64,000 nucleotides of DNA, taken from a virus (lineage: Duplodnaviria; Caudoviricetes). Under the pieces are notes generated by a model. The model saw only the letters and a list, made by a program, of their open reading frames with translations. It was not told the DNA's origin and did not search any database. The stretch lies in IMG/VR virus record IMGVR_UViG_3300006155_000002. One strand, given 5' to 3'. Shown here piece by piece: positions 44,076 to 55,431 of this stretch. Position 1 is the first letter of the stretch; each line of letters begins with the position of its first letter. The position numbers were made by a program, and so were the translations under genes.

Positions 44076-45792
44076 ACGAATCATGGAGGGCGTTGCTTCA
44101 TACTGCGCCTATTACCGGGCTAACCCACACAGGTTTGCTAAGGATTATCTGCATATTGATCTAAGATTATTTCAAAAAATCGTCATCAATATGATGATGC
44201 GGAGTACAAACGCTGTATTCATAGGCGCTCGTGGCATCGGTAAAACTTACTTGAGTGCAATTTTTTGTTGTATTAAGGCAATTCTGTGGCCTGGTTCAAA
44301 GATCGTCATTGCTTCTGGTACACGAAGTCAATCTATCAATGTGCTTGAGAAGATCATGACTGAGTTGAGGCCAAACTCTCCAGAGTTAGCGGCAGAAATT
44401 GAGGATTTTAAGATCAATAGTACGGATGCCAAAATTATGTTTAAGAATGGAAGCTATATTAAAGTGGTTACTGCTGCGGATTCTTCCAGAGGTAACCGAG
44501 CTACTGTTTTGATTTTGGACGAGTTCCGTTTGATCTCCAAAGACGTTATTGATACAATCCTGCGCAAGTTTCTGACACAGCGGCGTATGCCAAGGTATGA
44601 AGAACTGACCAAGGCAGAACGTCTCGCCGAATATGACAAAGACAAAAATATGACGGCATATCTTAGTTCTGCATACTATACCGACCATTGGAGCTACACA
44701 AAATGCCTGGATACGTTTGAGGAAATGCTCAATGACTCTAAATCGCAGTTTGTGTGCAGTCTGCCATACCAGCTCTCTGTCAAGGAGGGATTACTGGATG
44801 CAGATACGGTATTGGATGAGATGTCGGAGACAGACTTCTCAGAAGTTAAGTTTTCAATGGAATACGAAGCCTTGTTCTATGGTTCAGTGGAGGACGCCTT
44901 CTTCGATTTTGCGTCTGTGTCAAAAAATCGGCGTATCAAGTATCCGATGTTACCTGATAACAAATCGAACAAAGTCTCATCCAGTCAAAATGTTCGTATC
45001 GTACCAAAAAAGGACAGGGAAAAGAGAATCCTGTCAGTTGATATCGCACTTATGCGGAGCAAGAAGCGCAAGAATGACGCAACAGCAATATTTGTTAATC
45101 AGATGCTTCCAACAAAAGCTGGACGCTATGTGAGTAACATTATATACGCAGACAGTAATGAGGGAATGCATACAGCAGATCAAGCACTGCTTATTCGCAA
45201 GCTGTTCGACGAATATGATTGCGACTATCTTGTAATTGACGCAAATGGCGTTGGTGCTGGTGTTGCAGATCTGTTATTACGTGATATACCAGACCCGGTT
45301 ACTGGAGATATATACCCAGCTATATCGTGCTGCAATAATTCAGAGATGGCGGCACGGTGTACGTCAACAGACGCCAGAAAGGCAATATGGTCTATTCGGG
45401 CGTCTTCTCAGTTTAACTCAGACATTGCATATCTGCTCCGCGAAGGCTTTCGGAGCGGACGTATCCGCCTTTTAGAAACAGAGATTGATGGGGAGAGAAG
45501 CATGAGTGAATTGCGTGGGTATTCTTCTCTTAACCCTGTAGAACGTACACAACTATCCCTCCCATATATTCACACGACACTCTTGATTGATGAGCTGACA
45601 AAGCTGCAGCACGAAGAGAAAGATGGGCGTGTAAAGCTGTTTGAACGCTCTGGTATGCGAAAGGATAGATATTCCAGTTTAGCCTATAACTATTGGGTTG
45701 CCTGCCAGGTTGAGAATAAGATGCGTAAAAAGAGCGCGTCTTTGCCATCAACCGGGCAGACTTTTTTATTTAGACCGCCAAAAATCAAGTAA
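44062..45792 (+). CDS. Terminase large subunit
   Basis: ARGIGKT, LILDEF, SVDIA, IDANG and KDRYS motifs. Confidence 0.92.
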   Translation: MSKVERIMEGVASYCAYYRANPHRFAKDYLHIDLRLFQKIVINMMMRSTNAVFIGARGIGKTYLSAIFCCIKAILWPGSKIVIASGTRSQSINVLEKIMTELRPNSPELAAEIEDFKINSTDAKIMFKNGSYIKVVTAADSSRGNRATVLILDEFRLISKDVIDTILRKFLTQRRMPRYEELTKAERLAEYDKDKNMTAYLSSAYYTDHWSYTKCLDTFEEMLNDSKSQFVCSLPYQLSVKEGLLDADTVLDEMSETDFSEVKFSMEYEALFYGSVEDAFFDFASVSKNRRIKYPMLPDNKSNKVSSSQNVRIVPKKDREKRILSVDIALMRSKKRKNDATAIFVNQMLPTKAGRYVSNIIYADSNEGMHTADQALLIRKLFDEYDCDYLVIDANGVGAGVADLLLRDIPDPVTGDIYPAISCCNNSEMAARCTSTDARKAIWSIRASSQFNSDIAYLLREGFRSGRIRLLETEIDGERSMSELRGYSSLNPVERTQLSLPYIHTTLLIDELTKLQHEEKDGRVKLFERSGMRKDRYSSLAYNYWVACQVENKMRKKSASLPSTGQTFLFRPPKIK

Positions 45793-45801
45793 AGGAGGTG
45801 A

Positions 45802-47355
45802 GTGAGTTTGGCAAGGAGAATTGTAGATGTTCAGGAGGAAGCAGAGAATCCACATAGTGAGCCATTGACGTTTGACGCAAATGGCCTTATCCGCATTCCT
45901 CAAAGATTTGCGGCACTGAACCGTCTGGTTATGCGAGATTTGAATGGGACTGGACAGAGTCCTATGTTTTACAAATATTCAAAGGATCAGATCTCAACAT
46001 ATCTGTCAAATCCATATTCGTATCAAAAGAATTTGCGAAATGCAGCTATTTATTTGTATGCCGCAAGTTCGCATTTCCGGCGGTTGATTCAATATTTCGT
46101 TGCATTATCTGACTTGGCATACGTCGTCTCTCCGTATAGAGTCGATACCAGCACAGCAAAGGCAGCTACGCTTGGCAAGCAATACAGACGCACGCTCAAT
46201 TTACTTTCTGCCATGGATATCAAGAATCAATTTCCTAAAATTCTAACGGTATGTTTGCGTGAGGATATATTTTATGGAACGATGTGGGTAACCAATGATA
46301 ATGTGACAATTCAGCAGCTTCCATCTGACTATTGTGATATTGCTGTTATTGAGGGAAATGTATTGAATGTGTCATTTGACTTTTCTTACTTTGACTCTAA
46401 TAGTGAATATCTTGAACTGTACCCATCCGAATTTTCCAAAAAATACAATTTGTATCAGAACGACAGAACCGGAATGAAGTGGCAAGAGCTTGACTCGCCC
46501 ACCTCATTTGCGGTGAAGTGTAACAATGACATCTTAAATTATGCTGTTCCTCCATTTGTTGGTATCTTCCGAGAAATCTACGATTTGGAGGATTATCGCG
46601 GTTTGAAGATGACAAAGACAGAACTTGAGAATTACGCTCTGCTGGTTATGCGGCTTGGGATCAATTCAGATGGCGAGTGGGAGATGGACTTTGACAAAGC
46701 AAAAGAGTTCTACTCTAACTTGGCTGGCGTTATGCCAGAGGAAGTTGGCGCTGTTCTTTCGCCCATGGATATCAATAAGATCAGCTTTGAAAAGTCAAAT
46801 ACTGGTGATACAGATACGATTGCAGAAGCAGAGCAAAATTTGTTTACTGCAGCCGGAGTATCAACATTGCTTTTTAACAACGACAAGGCGTCCAGCAATG
46901 CATTGCTGCTGTCTATCAAATCAGACCAGGCTTTGACATATGGCATTGTGAAGAGCATTGAAGGCGTTGTAAACCGCTTCATTCAAAGTTATTCCTACGG
47001 AAAGAATTTCAAGGTGACATTCCTCGATGTTAGTCCATATAACCGAAAAGAAATGGGTGACCAATATTTGAAGGCCGCTCAATACGGGTTCCCCACTCTA
47101 TCTTATTATTGTGCCTCACAAGGTCTATCACAAGCTGAAATGGATTGTATGGACTTCCTGGAAAATGACATTCTTGGCCTCAAAGAAAGATTCCAGCCGT
47201 TACAAAGTTCTTCGACAATGAGTACAGGGACATCAGATAATTCAGGAGATGGTTCTGATTCTTCTGGGAGGCCGAAAAAGGAAGCTGGCGAGTTGACAGA
47301 TTCCGGAGAGTCGTCTCAAGAGCACGATGATGGTGATGCTGCATTGAATGAGTAA
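45802..47355 (+). CDS. Portal protein
   Basis: 517 aa directly after TerL; synteny. Confidence 0.75.
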   Translation: MSLARRIVDVQEEAENPHSEPLTFDANGLIRIPQRFAALNRLVMRDLNGTGQSPMFYKYSKDQISTYLSNPYSYQKNLRNAAIYLYAASSHFRRLIQYFVALSDLAYVVSPYRVDTSTAKAATLGKQYRRTLNLLSAMDIKNQFPKILTVCLREDIFYGTMWVTNDNVTIQQLPSDYCDIAVIEGNVLNVSFDFSYFDSNSEYLELYPSEFSKKYNLYQNDRTGMKWQELDSPTSFAVKCNNDILNYAVPPFVGIFREIYDLEDYRGLKMTKTELENYALLVMRLGINSDGEWEMDFDKAKEFYSNLAGVMPEEVGAVLSPMDINKISFEKSNTGDTDTIAEAEQNLFTAAGVSTLLFNNDKASSNALLLSIKSDQALTYGIVKSIEGVVNRFIQSYSYGKNFKVTFLDVSPYNRKEMGDQYLKAAQYGFPTLSYYCASQGLSQAEMDCMDFLENDILGLKERFQPLQSSSTMSTGTSDNSGDGSDSSGRPKKEAGELTDSGESSQEHDDGDAALNE

Positions 47356-47366
47356 AGGGGATTAGT

Positions 47367-47546
47367 ATGCACTTTATCTATGTAATGAGTGAACAAGATA
47401 AGGATAAGATGCTTGCACTTGGCTACGTTATGATGAAAGAAGACGCAAAGAACCGTATGTGGGTATTCTTAAATAAAGATACAAAAACATTTTCAGGTGA
47501 TAAGGCTGGCATCCAATTCATCCTGTCTAATACATTGACATTCTAA
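47367..47546 (+). CDS. Small hypothetical protein (59 aa)
   Basis: Manual translation MHFIYVMSEQDKDKMLALGY... Confidence 0.65.
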   Translation: MHFIYVMSEQDKDKMLALGYVMMKEDAKNRMWVFLNKDTKTFSGDKAGIQFILSNTLTF

Positions 47547-47583
47547 ATATGCTCATATGAGTGCATTGTGAGGTGGAACTGTT

Positions 47584-49176
47584 ATGGATAATCAGATTCG
47601 TTTGCAGTTTGCCTCTTCTATCGAAAATATCTGCGATATCAATGAGTCGTTTGCGTCCGCCCGATTGAGAGCTTTCTATATGGGCGATAATCGCAATGGC
47701 TCATTTATCAGTAAGGCGAGTACGGAAGATGCGATCCCAACCATGTATAACTGCCCGATTGTGTGTAACTATGATGTGGAGTCAGACACGATTGGTGGAC
47801 ATGATATGGATATCGTCTCCACTGGTTCTGGCGAGGTTAAGCTGATCAATTTGACTTCAGCAATTGGTGTGATTCCGGCTGGCGCAAAATATAGTTTTGA
47901 GAAAATTGAAGAAGAAGACGGATCTGTTCATGAGTATTTTGTCGTTGATGCGATTCTGTGGAAACGGTCTCCTGCCTACGACAAAATTAAGCGTGATGGA
48001 ATCATATCTCAATCTATGGAGATTACTGTTACTGACGGATATATGCAGGGCGACCGTTATGTTATTGAGAAGTTCATCTTCACAGCATTTTGTCTTCTCG
48101 GAGACGGTGTGGAACCATGTTTTGAATCTGCGTCGCTACAGTTATTCGATAGAGGGCATTGCAGACAGCAATTTGCTCTGATGATGGAAGAGTTAAAACA
48201 AAACATCACAAAGGTCAATCCATCTATTCAGGATGACATACATACAAAAAATTTTGCAACGGAAGGAGGAGAAAAGGAGTTGGACGAGAAAATTAAACTT
48301 GCCGCCGAGTACGGGTTCAATATTGAAAGCCTTGGGTTCTCTGTAGACGATCTGTCTCTCGACGAATTGCGAGCAAAGTTTGATGAGATGAAGGCTGCTG
48401 ACAACGGAGATCAAATCGGTGGCACAGGAACGGACAATCATGATTTCTCTTTGGAAGGCACATTCCGTGACGAACTCCTCAATGCGCTGTACGAAGAGAA
48501 GGTTGAGACTCCATGGGGTATGGACTCCCACTATTGGTTCTGGGATTACGACAAGGAATTGTCTGAGGTGTACGCTACAGATTCATGCGATTGGAATCTG
48601 TATGGATTTACATTCTCAATGGACGGCGACCGCGTTGTCATTGACTTTGCCAGCAAAAAGCGGATGAAGATTTCTTTGGAGCCGTTTGATGAGGGTAGCG
48701 CTGGTTTTCCATATCAGGAGATGTTTAACGCAATTCTTGAGAAATCTGTTACTGCATCTATTGCAGCGAAAGAAACTGAACTTCAATCACAGTTTGACCT
48801 TGAGAAGGCGGAACTTGAAAAGAAGTATCAGGCGGCTTCTGGTACAATCGAACAAATGAATACGGAACTTAACGAACTGCGTCAGTATAAGCAGCAAAAG
48901 CTCAGTGATGAGCGTGAAGCTGCTGAGGGCGCAGTTTTTGCTATGTTCCCAGACCTGAGCGGTGTAGAGGCATTTGAAAAGCTTCGTGAGAACTGTTCTG
49001 AGATGTCTCTTGAGGACATCGAGGACAAATGCTTTGCTATTCGTGGAAGAAATGCTTCGACACAAACATTCTCTGCGCAAAAGCCAAAGCAAAATACGCC
49101 GCGTCTGCCTGTTGAAAAGGGCGTTGCCGACGAACCGTATGGTGGCCTCTTTGTCGAGTTCCCACCACAGCGATAA
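47584..49176 (+). CDS. Prohead protease/scaffold protein
   Basis: NRNGS, GGH and SQSMEI motifs; acidic coiled-coil C-terminus. Confidence 0.75.
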   Translation: MDNQIRLQFASSIENICDINESFASARLRAFYMGDNRNGSFISKASTEDAIPTMYNCPIVCNYDVESDTIGGHDMDIVSTGSGEVKLINLTSAIGVIPAGAKYSFEKIEEEDGSVHEYFVVDAILWKRSPAYDKIKRDGIISQSMEITVTDGYMQGDRYVIEKFIFTAFCLLGDGVEPCFESASLQLFDRGHCRQQFALMMEELKQNITKVNPSIQDDIHTKNFATEGGEKELDEKIKLAAEYGFNIESLGFSVDDLSLDELRAKFDEMKAADNGDQIGGTGTDNHDFSLEGTFRDELLNALYEEKVETPWGMDSHYWFWDYDKELSEVYATDSCDWNLYGFTFSMDGDRVVIDFASKKRMKISLEPFDEGSAGFPYQEMFNAILEKSVTASIAAKETELQSQFDLEKAELEKKYQAASGTIEQMNTELNELRQYKQQKLSDEREAAEGAVFAMFPDLSGVEAFEKLRENCSEMSLEDIEDKCFAIRGRNASTQTFSAQKPKQNTPRLPVEKGVADEPYGGLFVEFPPQR

Positions 49177-49203
49177 CACTATAAAAATAAGGAGGAATTT
49201 ATT

Positions 49204-49701
49204 ATGGCATATACAGTTTTCCGTTCTGATCTGCTTCATGGCACGGATTCTGGGTCAGACCTGGTTTCTGTCCGCGTCTATGATACCAATGACGAACCGA
49301 TTGCCGTTGAGAACGGCACTATTGTCGAGCTGAAGGAGTACGAGGAAGGCGAGCGCGAAGTCTGGAAGGGCGTTCTGGCAACGGCCAGTAGCAAGCTGTC
49401 AGACTGCGTTGTCATCGGCTCTGAGGAAGTCTTCTATGATGAGCGCCAGAAGAATCTGGATGAGTTCATCAATGAGGCCGGCACGATTTGTCGCGGATAC
49501 ATCCTGCGCAGCCGCAATATGTTCAGCGTCACCAAGGAAGGTTTTGTTGGTGGCACAGTTCCCGCTAAGGGAGACACCGTCAGCATTGGTGCTGATGGCA
49601 AGATTAGCGCTTCTGGTACTGGCCTGGGCACTACACAGGCCGTTGAAGTGGCTGGTCGTTATACCTACTACGTGATCCGTATTGCTAATACGGAAGCCTA
49701 A
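49204..49701 (+). CDS. Head decoration/structural protein
   Basis: Position between scaffold and capsid genes. Confidence 0.6.
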   Translation: MAYTVFRSDLLHGTDSGSDLVSVRVYDTNDEPIAVENGTIVELKEYEEGEREVWKGVLATASSKLSDCVVIGSEEVFYDERQKNLDEFINEAGTICRGYILRSRNMFSVTKEGFVGGTVPAKGDTVSIGADGKISASGTGLGTTQAVEVAGRYTYYVIRIANTEA

Positions 49702-49720
49702 TAAAGGAGGGTGAAGAGAT

Positions 49721-50734
49721 ATGGCTGATATGAACGAAATCGTTCGACTTGCTGTTGACGCTTACCATGGCGTTACTACCAAGTATTCTATGAACGAATC
49801 CATGGACACGCTGCGTCAAGCGCTGGTTGCCGCCAATAACGGTTCCACCAAAATGGATTATAAGGCAATCCGTGACGGCAAGTGTGTTGGGCTGTTTACT
49901 CTGATCGAGGAAATCCTGGCTCGTACTGTTGTCGAGGGCTTCCAAGGCGATGAGTATTTCAACGCTCTGGTGGATTTCCGCAACGTTGCTCTTGGCGACA
50001 AAAATATCTTCGAGGTTGAGGATAGCAACCTGTTCGTAGTCGCCGATGTGGCCGAGGGTACTCAGGGCATCCGTCGGCAGCGCCTCGGCGGGGTCACACA
50101 GACCTCTATCCCCACGGTTCTGAAGGCCGTGAAGATCTACGAGGAAATGAATCGTGTCCTGTCCGGTCAGGTGGACTTTAACTACTTCATCAACAAGGTG
50201 GCAGAGTCCTTCCGTCGGAAGCTGCTGGATGATATCTACAGTCTGTGGAGCACAGCCACGGCTGCTGATCTGGGCGGTGTGACTTATTTCCCTGCCGCTG
50301 GTTCCTATGATGAGGATACCCTGCTGGAGCTGGTGAGTCACGTTGAGGCCACCGCCAACGGTCGTCCCGCGACCATTATCGGCACCAAGAAGGCTGTTCG
50401 TAATCTGGCTCCATCTGTGAACAGCAATGACGCTAACAATGAATTCTATCATATGGGCTACTACGGTAATTTCTATGGTACGAATGTTGTTGTGACGCCT
50501 CAGCGCCATAAGGTTGGTAGCACCGACTTTATCTTCCCGGACAACACTCTGACCATTATCGCTGGCGACGATAAGCCAATCAAGTGTGTGTATGAGGGTC
50601 AGTCCACTGTTATCATGGGCGACCTGCTCAAGAACGCAGATATGACCCAAGACTACTACTACGCTGAGCGTTATGGTATGGGCATTGTGCTGGCCGGCGG
50701 CAATGCTGGTATTGGTCGTTACGAAATTGCGTAA
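49721..50734 (+). CDS. Major capsid protein
   Basis: 337 aa, strong codon bias, position, followed by a terminator hairpin. Confidence 0.8.
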   Translation: MADMNEIVRLAVDAYHGVTTKYSMNESMDTLRQALVAANNGSTKMDYKAIRDGKCVGLFTLIEEILARTVVEGFQGDEYFNALVDFRNVALGDKNIFEVEDSNLFVVADVAEGTQGIRRQRLGGVTQTSIPTVLKAVKIYEEMNRVLSGQVDFNYFINKVAESFRRKLLDDIYSLWSTATAADLGGVTYFPAAGSYDEDTLLELVSHVEATANGRPATIIGTKKAVRNLAPSVNSNDANNEFYHMGYYGNFYGTNVVVTPQRHKVGSTDFIFPDNTLTIIAGDDKPIKCVYEGQSTVIMGDLLKNADMTQDYYYAERYGMGIVLAGGNAGIGRYEIA

Positions 50735-50804
50735 CAAACGCCGAAGTGGCAGTCTCGTGATTTGCGGGGCTGCCACTTATCATTGAATGAAAGGAATGTG
50801 AACT

Positions 50805-51398
50805 ATGCCTAACACTACTACTGGAAGCAAGGTTCGTAAGAATACTACTTCAGCTAAAACAGCAAACATGACAAAGGAAGCAGGGTCGGTGGCCGCAACA
50901 GTGGCCGCAGAAGCAGTTGCTTTCAACAACGAAAAGCCATCTTATAAAGTCAAAAAGGATCTGAATCCCAATATGATGGTAACGGTTAAAAATGGGTTTA
51001 ACGGAACGCTGGTTTATAAGAGCAAGCGAACTGGAGAAGTCTTTGTTTGGGATTCCTTTGGCAGCGAACAGGAGATGGAGCTTCAGGACTTGAAGTCCGC
51101 GAAGAATACTTATAAGGCGTTCTTCATCAACAACTGGTTCCTGTTTGACGATCCGGAAATCATTGAATGGCTGGGGATGACTCAATATTACAAGCACGCG
51201 TTGAACACCGAGTCTTTCAACGAGCTGTTCAACAGTACGCCAGAAGAAATCAAAAAGACGGTAGCCAAGCTGTCTGCTGGGCAGAAAAAGTCCGCTGCCT
51301 TCCGTGCAAAGCAACTTATTCAGGAAGGCAAGATTGATTCTATTAAGATCATTAACGCATTGGAGGAAAGCCTCTCTGTCGATCTGATTGAGCGATAA
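50805..51398 (+). CDS. Virion module hypothetical protein
   Basis: Synteny. Confidence 0.7.
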   Translation: MPNTTTGSKVRKNTTSAKTANMTKEAGSVAATVAAEAVAFNNEKPSYKVKKDLNPNMMVTVKNGFNGTLVYKSKRTGEVFVWDSFGSEQEMELQDLKSAKNTYKAFFINNWFLFDDPEIIEWLGMTQYYKHALNTESFNELFNSTPEEIKKTVAKLSAGQKKSAAFRAKQLIQEGKIDSIKIINALEESLSVDLIER

Positions 51399-51412
51399 TC
51401 AGGAGGTGCCTT

Positions 51413-51910
51413 ATGAACATACCATACGATGTTTTTGCTGGAGCATTTCTTGGCAAGGTTACTGAGTATGATTTTTTGCGGCTTGAAGACTTCGATAGAA
51501 ATGAAACTGTTGATGGTTACATGAAGCGTGCCATTGCGGCATTCAAACACGTCTGTAAATATGACTTCACCAACACAGGTGATGATAATGTGCGTGAATT
51601 CATTATTAAGCCGGATCGCGATGATCCAGATGGAGAGCTTCAGCTTCGGCTTGATGCAGAACTGGAAGAGGATTTGGATGAAATTGTGGACATTGTATCA
51701 GAGGGTATGCTGGTACAGTGGATGAAACCATATTTCTACCGTGCGGACAACCTTGAAAATGTATTAAACACAGCAGATTTCTCTGCATATTCTCCGGCGG
51801 AATTGCTCTATCGGATTACAAACGCCTACCATGAAGCAAAGAGGGACTTCAAAAACATGATAAAGGAATACTCATATGACCACGGTGATTTGAGCGGGCT
51901 TGCGCTATGA
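51413..51910 (+). CDS. Putative head-tail adaptor
   Basis: Synteny. Confidence 0.5.
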   Translation: MNIPYDVFAGAFLGKVTEYDFLRLEDFDRNETVDGYMKRAIAAFKHVCKYDFTNTGDDNVREFIIKPDRDDPDGELQLRLDAELEEDLDEIVDIVSEGMLVQWMKPYFYRADNLENVLNTADFSAYSPAELLYRITNAYHEAKRDFKNMIKEYSYDHGDLSGLAL

Positions 51911-52236
51911 ATACAACCAATGGATATGATATTCCGGCAGATCTGGTCGGAAATTACCTTGGCGGTCTTGTAAACCAGTTCTTCAAAATTCTCCCTATTA
52001 AAGAAAGCGGAGAACCCTCTTTGAACGAGTTTATGAGGAGCTTACAAATTGAGTTGATTGGACATAGGGGACTTATGGAGTATCTCAATCACGATTCTAT
52101 GTATATGACGCTTCTCTCAATTCTCCAATATATGATTGACAACGATTGTGATACTCATGTGGTCAAGCGAGAAGTATTCAAGGCGATTTCTATTTGCAAG
52201 AAATTAAGAAAAAAGTATTGTAGCGAAGGAGTGTGA
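51907..52236 (+). CDS. Hypothetical protein
   Basis: Translationally coupled ORF. Confidence 0.7.
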   Translation: MNTTNGYDIPADLVGNYLGGLVNQFFKILPIKESGEPSLNEFMRSLQIELIGHRGLMEYLNHDSMYMTLLSILQYMIDNDCDTHVVKREVFKAISICKKLRKKYCSEGV

Positions 52237-52241
52237 TCTAT

Positions 52242-53054
52242 ATGAGTGTATGGAGCACTTATGAGGCGCGGTTCGCACGGGAGAATCAGGACATGGACCC
52301 CAAATGGAATTCTGCGCAAGATCGCATTCAAAACAGGCTCCGCCGCAAACTTGTTACTTCTTTGTCATATAAGCGGGTGAAATGCGAAGGGAAAGATATG
52401 GAGATGGCGATTGTTGATATCTCAAATGATTTCAGCACAAAAAAGATCTTTTCCATGCCCGGCGAAACTATCCCACATGGTTCGATTATAGAGTGGGAAG
52501 ATTCATTTTGGTTGATTACAGAGTTGAATGTGCATAAGGAGTTATGCTCAGAAGGTAAAATGCGACGCTGCAATTATTACCTAAAGTGGATCAATGATAA
52601 GGGCAATGTCATTGGGCGATGGTGCGTTGTTGAGGACGGAACAAAGTATTTGATTGGTGAGCGTGAAGAGGATACGATGTCCATTGGTGATGCAAGAATG
52701 GCTGTCACTATTGGTAAAGACCCAGAGACGAGTCAAATTAGTCGTGGAAAAAGATTTTTGATTGACGATATGGACTCCAAAGATGTCCTTGCGTTTGAAG
52801 TAACAAAGCCAAACAAAATGTTCAATGTCTTCAATGGGAAGGGCGTGTTCCGCTTTATTATGGGCGAAACAAACCTAACAGACAATGACAACACGAAGCT
52901 TCGTATTGCTGACTATTATGGTTGGAAACCAAAATCTGAGCGGCCAGTGCCAGACACAAAAACTGAGGCTACATTCGAGGAGATTGTGAACGAAGTTATT
53001 GAGAAGGATAAAGCCGAGCCAGAGGAAATTGAGAAAAGTGGGGTGTGGCTTTAA
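52242..53054 (+). CDS. Putative head-closure/neck protein
   Basis: Synteny. Confidence 0.5.
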   Translation: MSVWSTYEARFARENQDMDPKWNSAQDRIQNRLRRKLVTSLSYKRVKCEGKDMEMAIVDISNDFSTKKIFSMPGETIPHGSIIEWEDSFWLITELNVHKELCSEGKMRRCNYYLKWINDKGNVIGRWCVVEDGTKYLIGEREEDTMSIGDARMAVTIGKDPETSQISRGKRFLIDDMDSKDVLAFEVTKPNKMFNVFNGKGVFRFIMGETNLTDNDNTKLRIADYYGWKPKSERPVPDTKTEATFEEIVNEVIEKDKAEPEEIEKSGVWL

Positions 53055-53551
53055 TGCTTCTTAATGAGTTTTTTGACTACAAGAATAAGCTGATGGAAAC
53101 GTTGTGTTGCAATGAAAACATCGTGCGCCTTGTAACAGACAGCGAGAGTGCTCCCGTTCCAAACTACAAGCTCAAGTATACTCAGATATACCCGTTTGAG
53201 TATATTCCAGATACAGTTGATGACGGGAGAACATTCATTTGTTTTGATGTGGACATTGCCCGCGTGTACGACAAGACATATTATGAGCCAGTGCTGTATT
53301 TATGGGTGTTTACCCATAAAAGCAAAGTGCGTTTGAAACAAGGTGGCATTCGTACAGACCAACTGGCCGCTGAAATTGATAAGGAATTGAACGGTAACAG
53401 GTATTTTGGACTTGGCGAACTGGATCTGTATTCAGTGGGTAGGTTTTCCCCTGTTTCAGATTACCAAGGCCGTGTATTGACATATACAGCTAAGGACTTT
53501 AATCGCCTCGGAATATCTAAGAAACCGCCAGTAAATCGGAAGCATTCATGA
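53054..53551 (+). CDS. Putative tail-completion protein
   Basis: Synteny and size. Confidence 0.5.
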   Translation: MLLNEFFDYKNKLMETLCCNENIVRLVTDSESAPVPNYKLKYTQIYPFEYIPDTVDDGRTFICFDVDIARVYDKTYYEPVLYLWVFTHKSKVRLKQGGIRTDQLAAEIDKELNGNRYFGLGELDLYSVGRFSPVSDYQGRVLTYTAKDFNRLGISKKPPVNRKHS

Positions 53552-54261
53552 GTAGCGGATATCTGTATGCGCGTTCTTTCCCAATCAATGAACATATTGC
53601 AATCACAATACCGACAGTAGGTCAGATATGGGACAAAGAGGATGAGTATTACAGCCTAATTACAGGTATTATTGCAACGCCGTCAGATTTTATGGTTCAG
53701 CTCGACGATATAGGGATTGATTTTTCGAAGATCTCCTCGTTCGAGCTTTTTTTGCTGCTTTTCAACGGGATAAAGTCAAATGATACCAGCCTTGTTTTTG
53801 GCGACCTTGACCTATCAAAGTTCAAAACAGCAATTAACGAAAAGAATGGTAAAGTTGTTCTTGTAGATCAGGAGAACGACATTGTGATTGACCAAGCCAT
53901 TCATGACCAGATTCGGCGTGTGATTCGCAAAATTAACCACCTTGAAAAGAGCGATAAGAATCCTGGTAATGAAGAGGCCAGGAAATATATGATTGAACGC
54001 GCTCGCATCAAGCAAAAGCGGGCTGCGCGCAGACCTCGCAAATCGCAGTTAGAAGACCTGATTGTCGCCATGGTCAATACAGAGCAGTTTAAGTATGGCT
54101 ATGAGGAGACCAGGAATTTGACCATCTATCAATTCCATGCAAGTGTCTATCAGATCATCAGGAAGATTAACTACGACAATACAATGATTGGCTGCTATGC
54201 AGGAACAATCAACGTAAAAGAATTGAGCCAGGATCAACTGAACTGGCTGACATCAAAATAG
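53548..54261 (+). CDS. Hypothetical tail-module protein
   Basis: Translationally coupled ORF. Confidence 0.65.
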   Translation: MSSGYLYARSFPINEHIAITIPTVGQIWDKEDEYYSLITGIIATPSDFMVQLDDIGIDFSKISSFELFLLLFNGIKSNDTSLVFGDLDLSKFKTAINEKNGKVVLVDQENDIVIDQAIHDQIRRVIRKINHLEKSDKNPGNEEARKYMIERARIKQKRAARRPRKSQLEDLIVAMVNTEQFKYGYEETRNLTIYQFHASVYQIIRKINYDNTMIGCYAGTINVKELSQDQLNWLTSK

Positions 54262-54274
54262 GAGGATGATAGCA

Positions 54275-55123
54275 ATGATCAATGTCAACGATATTACTGT
54301 AACCAGTATCGAGACGATCACCGCGTTTGACATCGGTTCAGGTGCGTTCAAATGGGTCCTGGACGAGCTGCAGAACGCGACAATCGCAAACACCCAGGAG
54401 ACGACCGACATTACCGGTAAGCAGGGTCGTCTGCTGAATACCCTGAAGAAGAATAAGGCCGTGACTGTAAGCGGCAGCAATGGTCTGATTTCCGGCGGTC
54501 TGCTTGAGACGCAAACTGGCAGTGCCTTTGAGAACAAGATGACCTCCGTTATGTACCCGGACTATCTGACTGTGGCAAACAACACGGCTACCACAACCTA
54601 TAAGGCTGTTGGTACTGCCGGAAATGAGATTGATACCATCTACATTCGCAACAACGACGGTACTCTTGGTCAGGCTCTGACACAGGATTCCGCTGTGGGT
54701 CCCGGCAAGTTCACCTACGATCCCACCACAAAGGAGATCAATTTCTATGCCGGTGATGACACTGCCGACCCCGTTGTTCCTGCCGATGTCGAGGATGGTA
54801 CTGAAATCGCTGTGTACTACTTCCGCAAGATCCAGGCCAATGTGCTGGAGAATCTGTCTGATCATTATTCCGAGAAGGTGTCTCTGTATGTTGATGCTTT
54901 TGCGGAGGACAAGTGTGCCAACGTGTACCGCGTACAGTTCTACATTCCGAAGGCAGACTTCAACGGAAACTTTGATCTGGAATTCGGCGAAAACCAGAGC
55001 GCCCATGCGTTCGAGGCGCGTTCTCTGGCTGGTAGCGCTTGTAACGACAAGAGTTCAGGCACCAGTTCTGCGACTCTGTGGACTTACACTATCTTCGGCG
55101 AAGATACTCCTGATGCTGAGTAA
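54275..55123 (+). CDS. Major tail (tube) protein candidate
   Basis: Thr/Gly-rich, strong codon bias, position. Confidence 0.7.
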   Translation: MINVNDITVTSIETITAFDIGSGAFKWVLDELQNATIANTQETTDITGKQGRLLNTLKKNKAVTVSGSNGLISGGLLETQTGSAFENKMTSVMYPDYLTVANNTATTTYKAVGTAGNEIDTIYIRNNDGTLGQALTQDSAVGPGKFTYDPTTKEINFYAGDDTADPVVPADVEDGTEIAVYYFRKIQANVLENLSDHYSEKVSLYVDAFAEDKCANVYRVQFYIPKADFNGNFDLEFGENQSAHAFEARSLAGSACNDKSSGTSSATLWTYTIFGEDTPDAE

Positions 55124-55140
55124 TCTGCGAGGTGGTAATT

Positions 55141-55431
55141 ATGCCAAGGCAGGCGAAAGTATGCCGGGTGTGTGGTAAGGAGTATGAGTCTTGCCGTACA
55201 GTCAAGACCGGCAGTGGTGTTTTCAACTGGAGGGAGATGTGTTGTTCGCCAGAGTGCGGGCAAATCTACTTCCAACGCATTCAGGATGCTCGAAATCCGG
55301 CACCAAAGGTAAAGGAGAAGAAAGTACACGCCAGACGTGAGACCATTGTTAAAGAGGCTCCTACGCCCCTTTATGAGGTTCCTGATAATGAGCAGGCAGA
55401 ACAACCTGCTGAGACGGCCGCGGAGAATTGA
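55141..55431 (+). CDS. Small Zn-finger protein
   Basis: CRVC...CCSPEC motif. Confidence 0.7.
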   Translation: MPRQAKVCRVCGKEYESCRTVKTGSGVFNWREMCCSPECGQIYFQRIQDARNPAPKVKEKKVHARRETIVKEAPTPLYEVPDNEQAEQPAETAAEN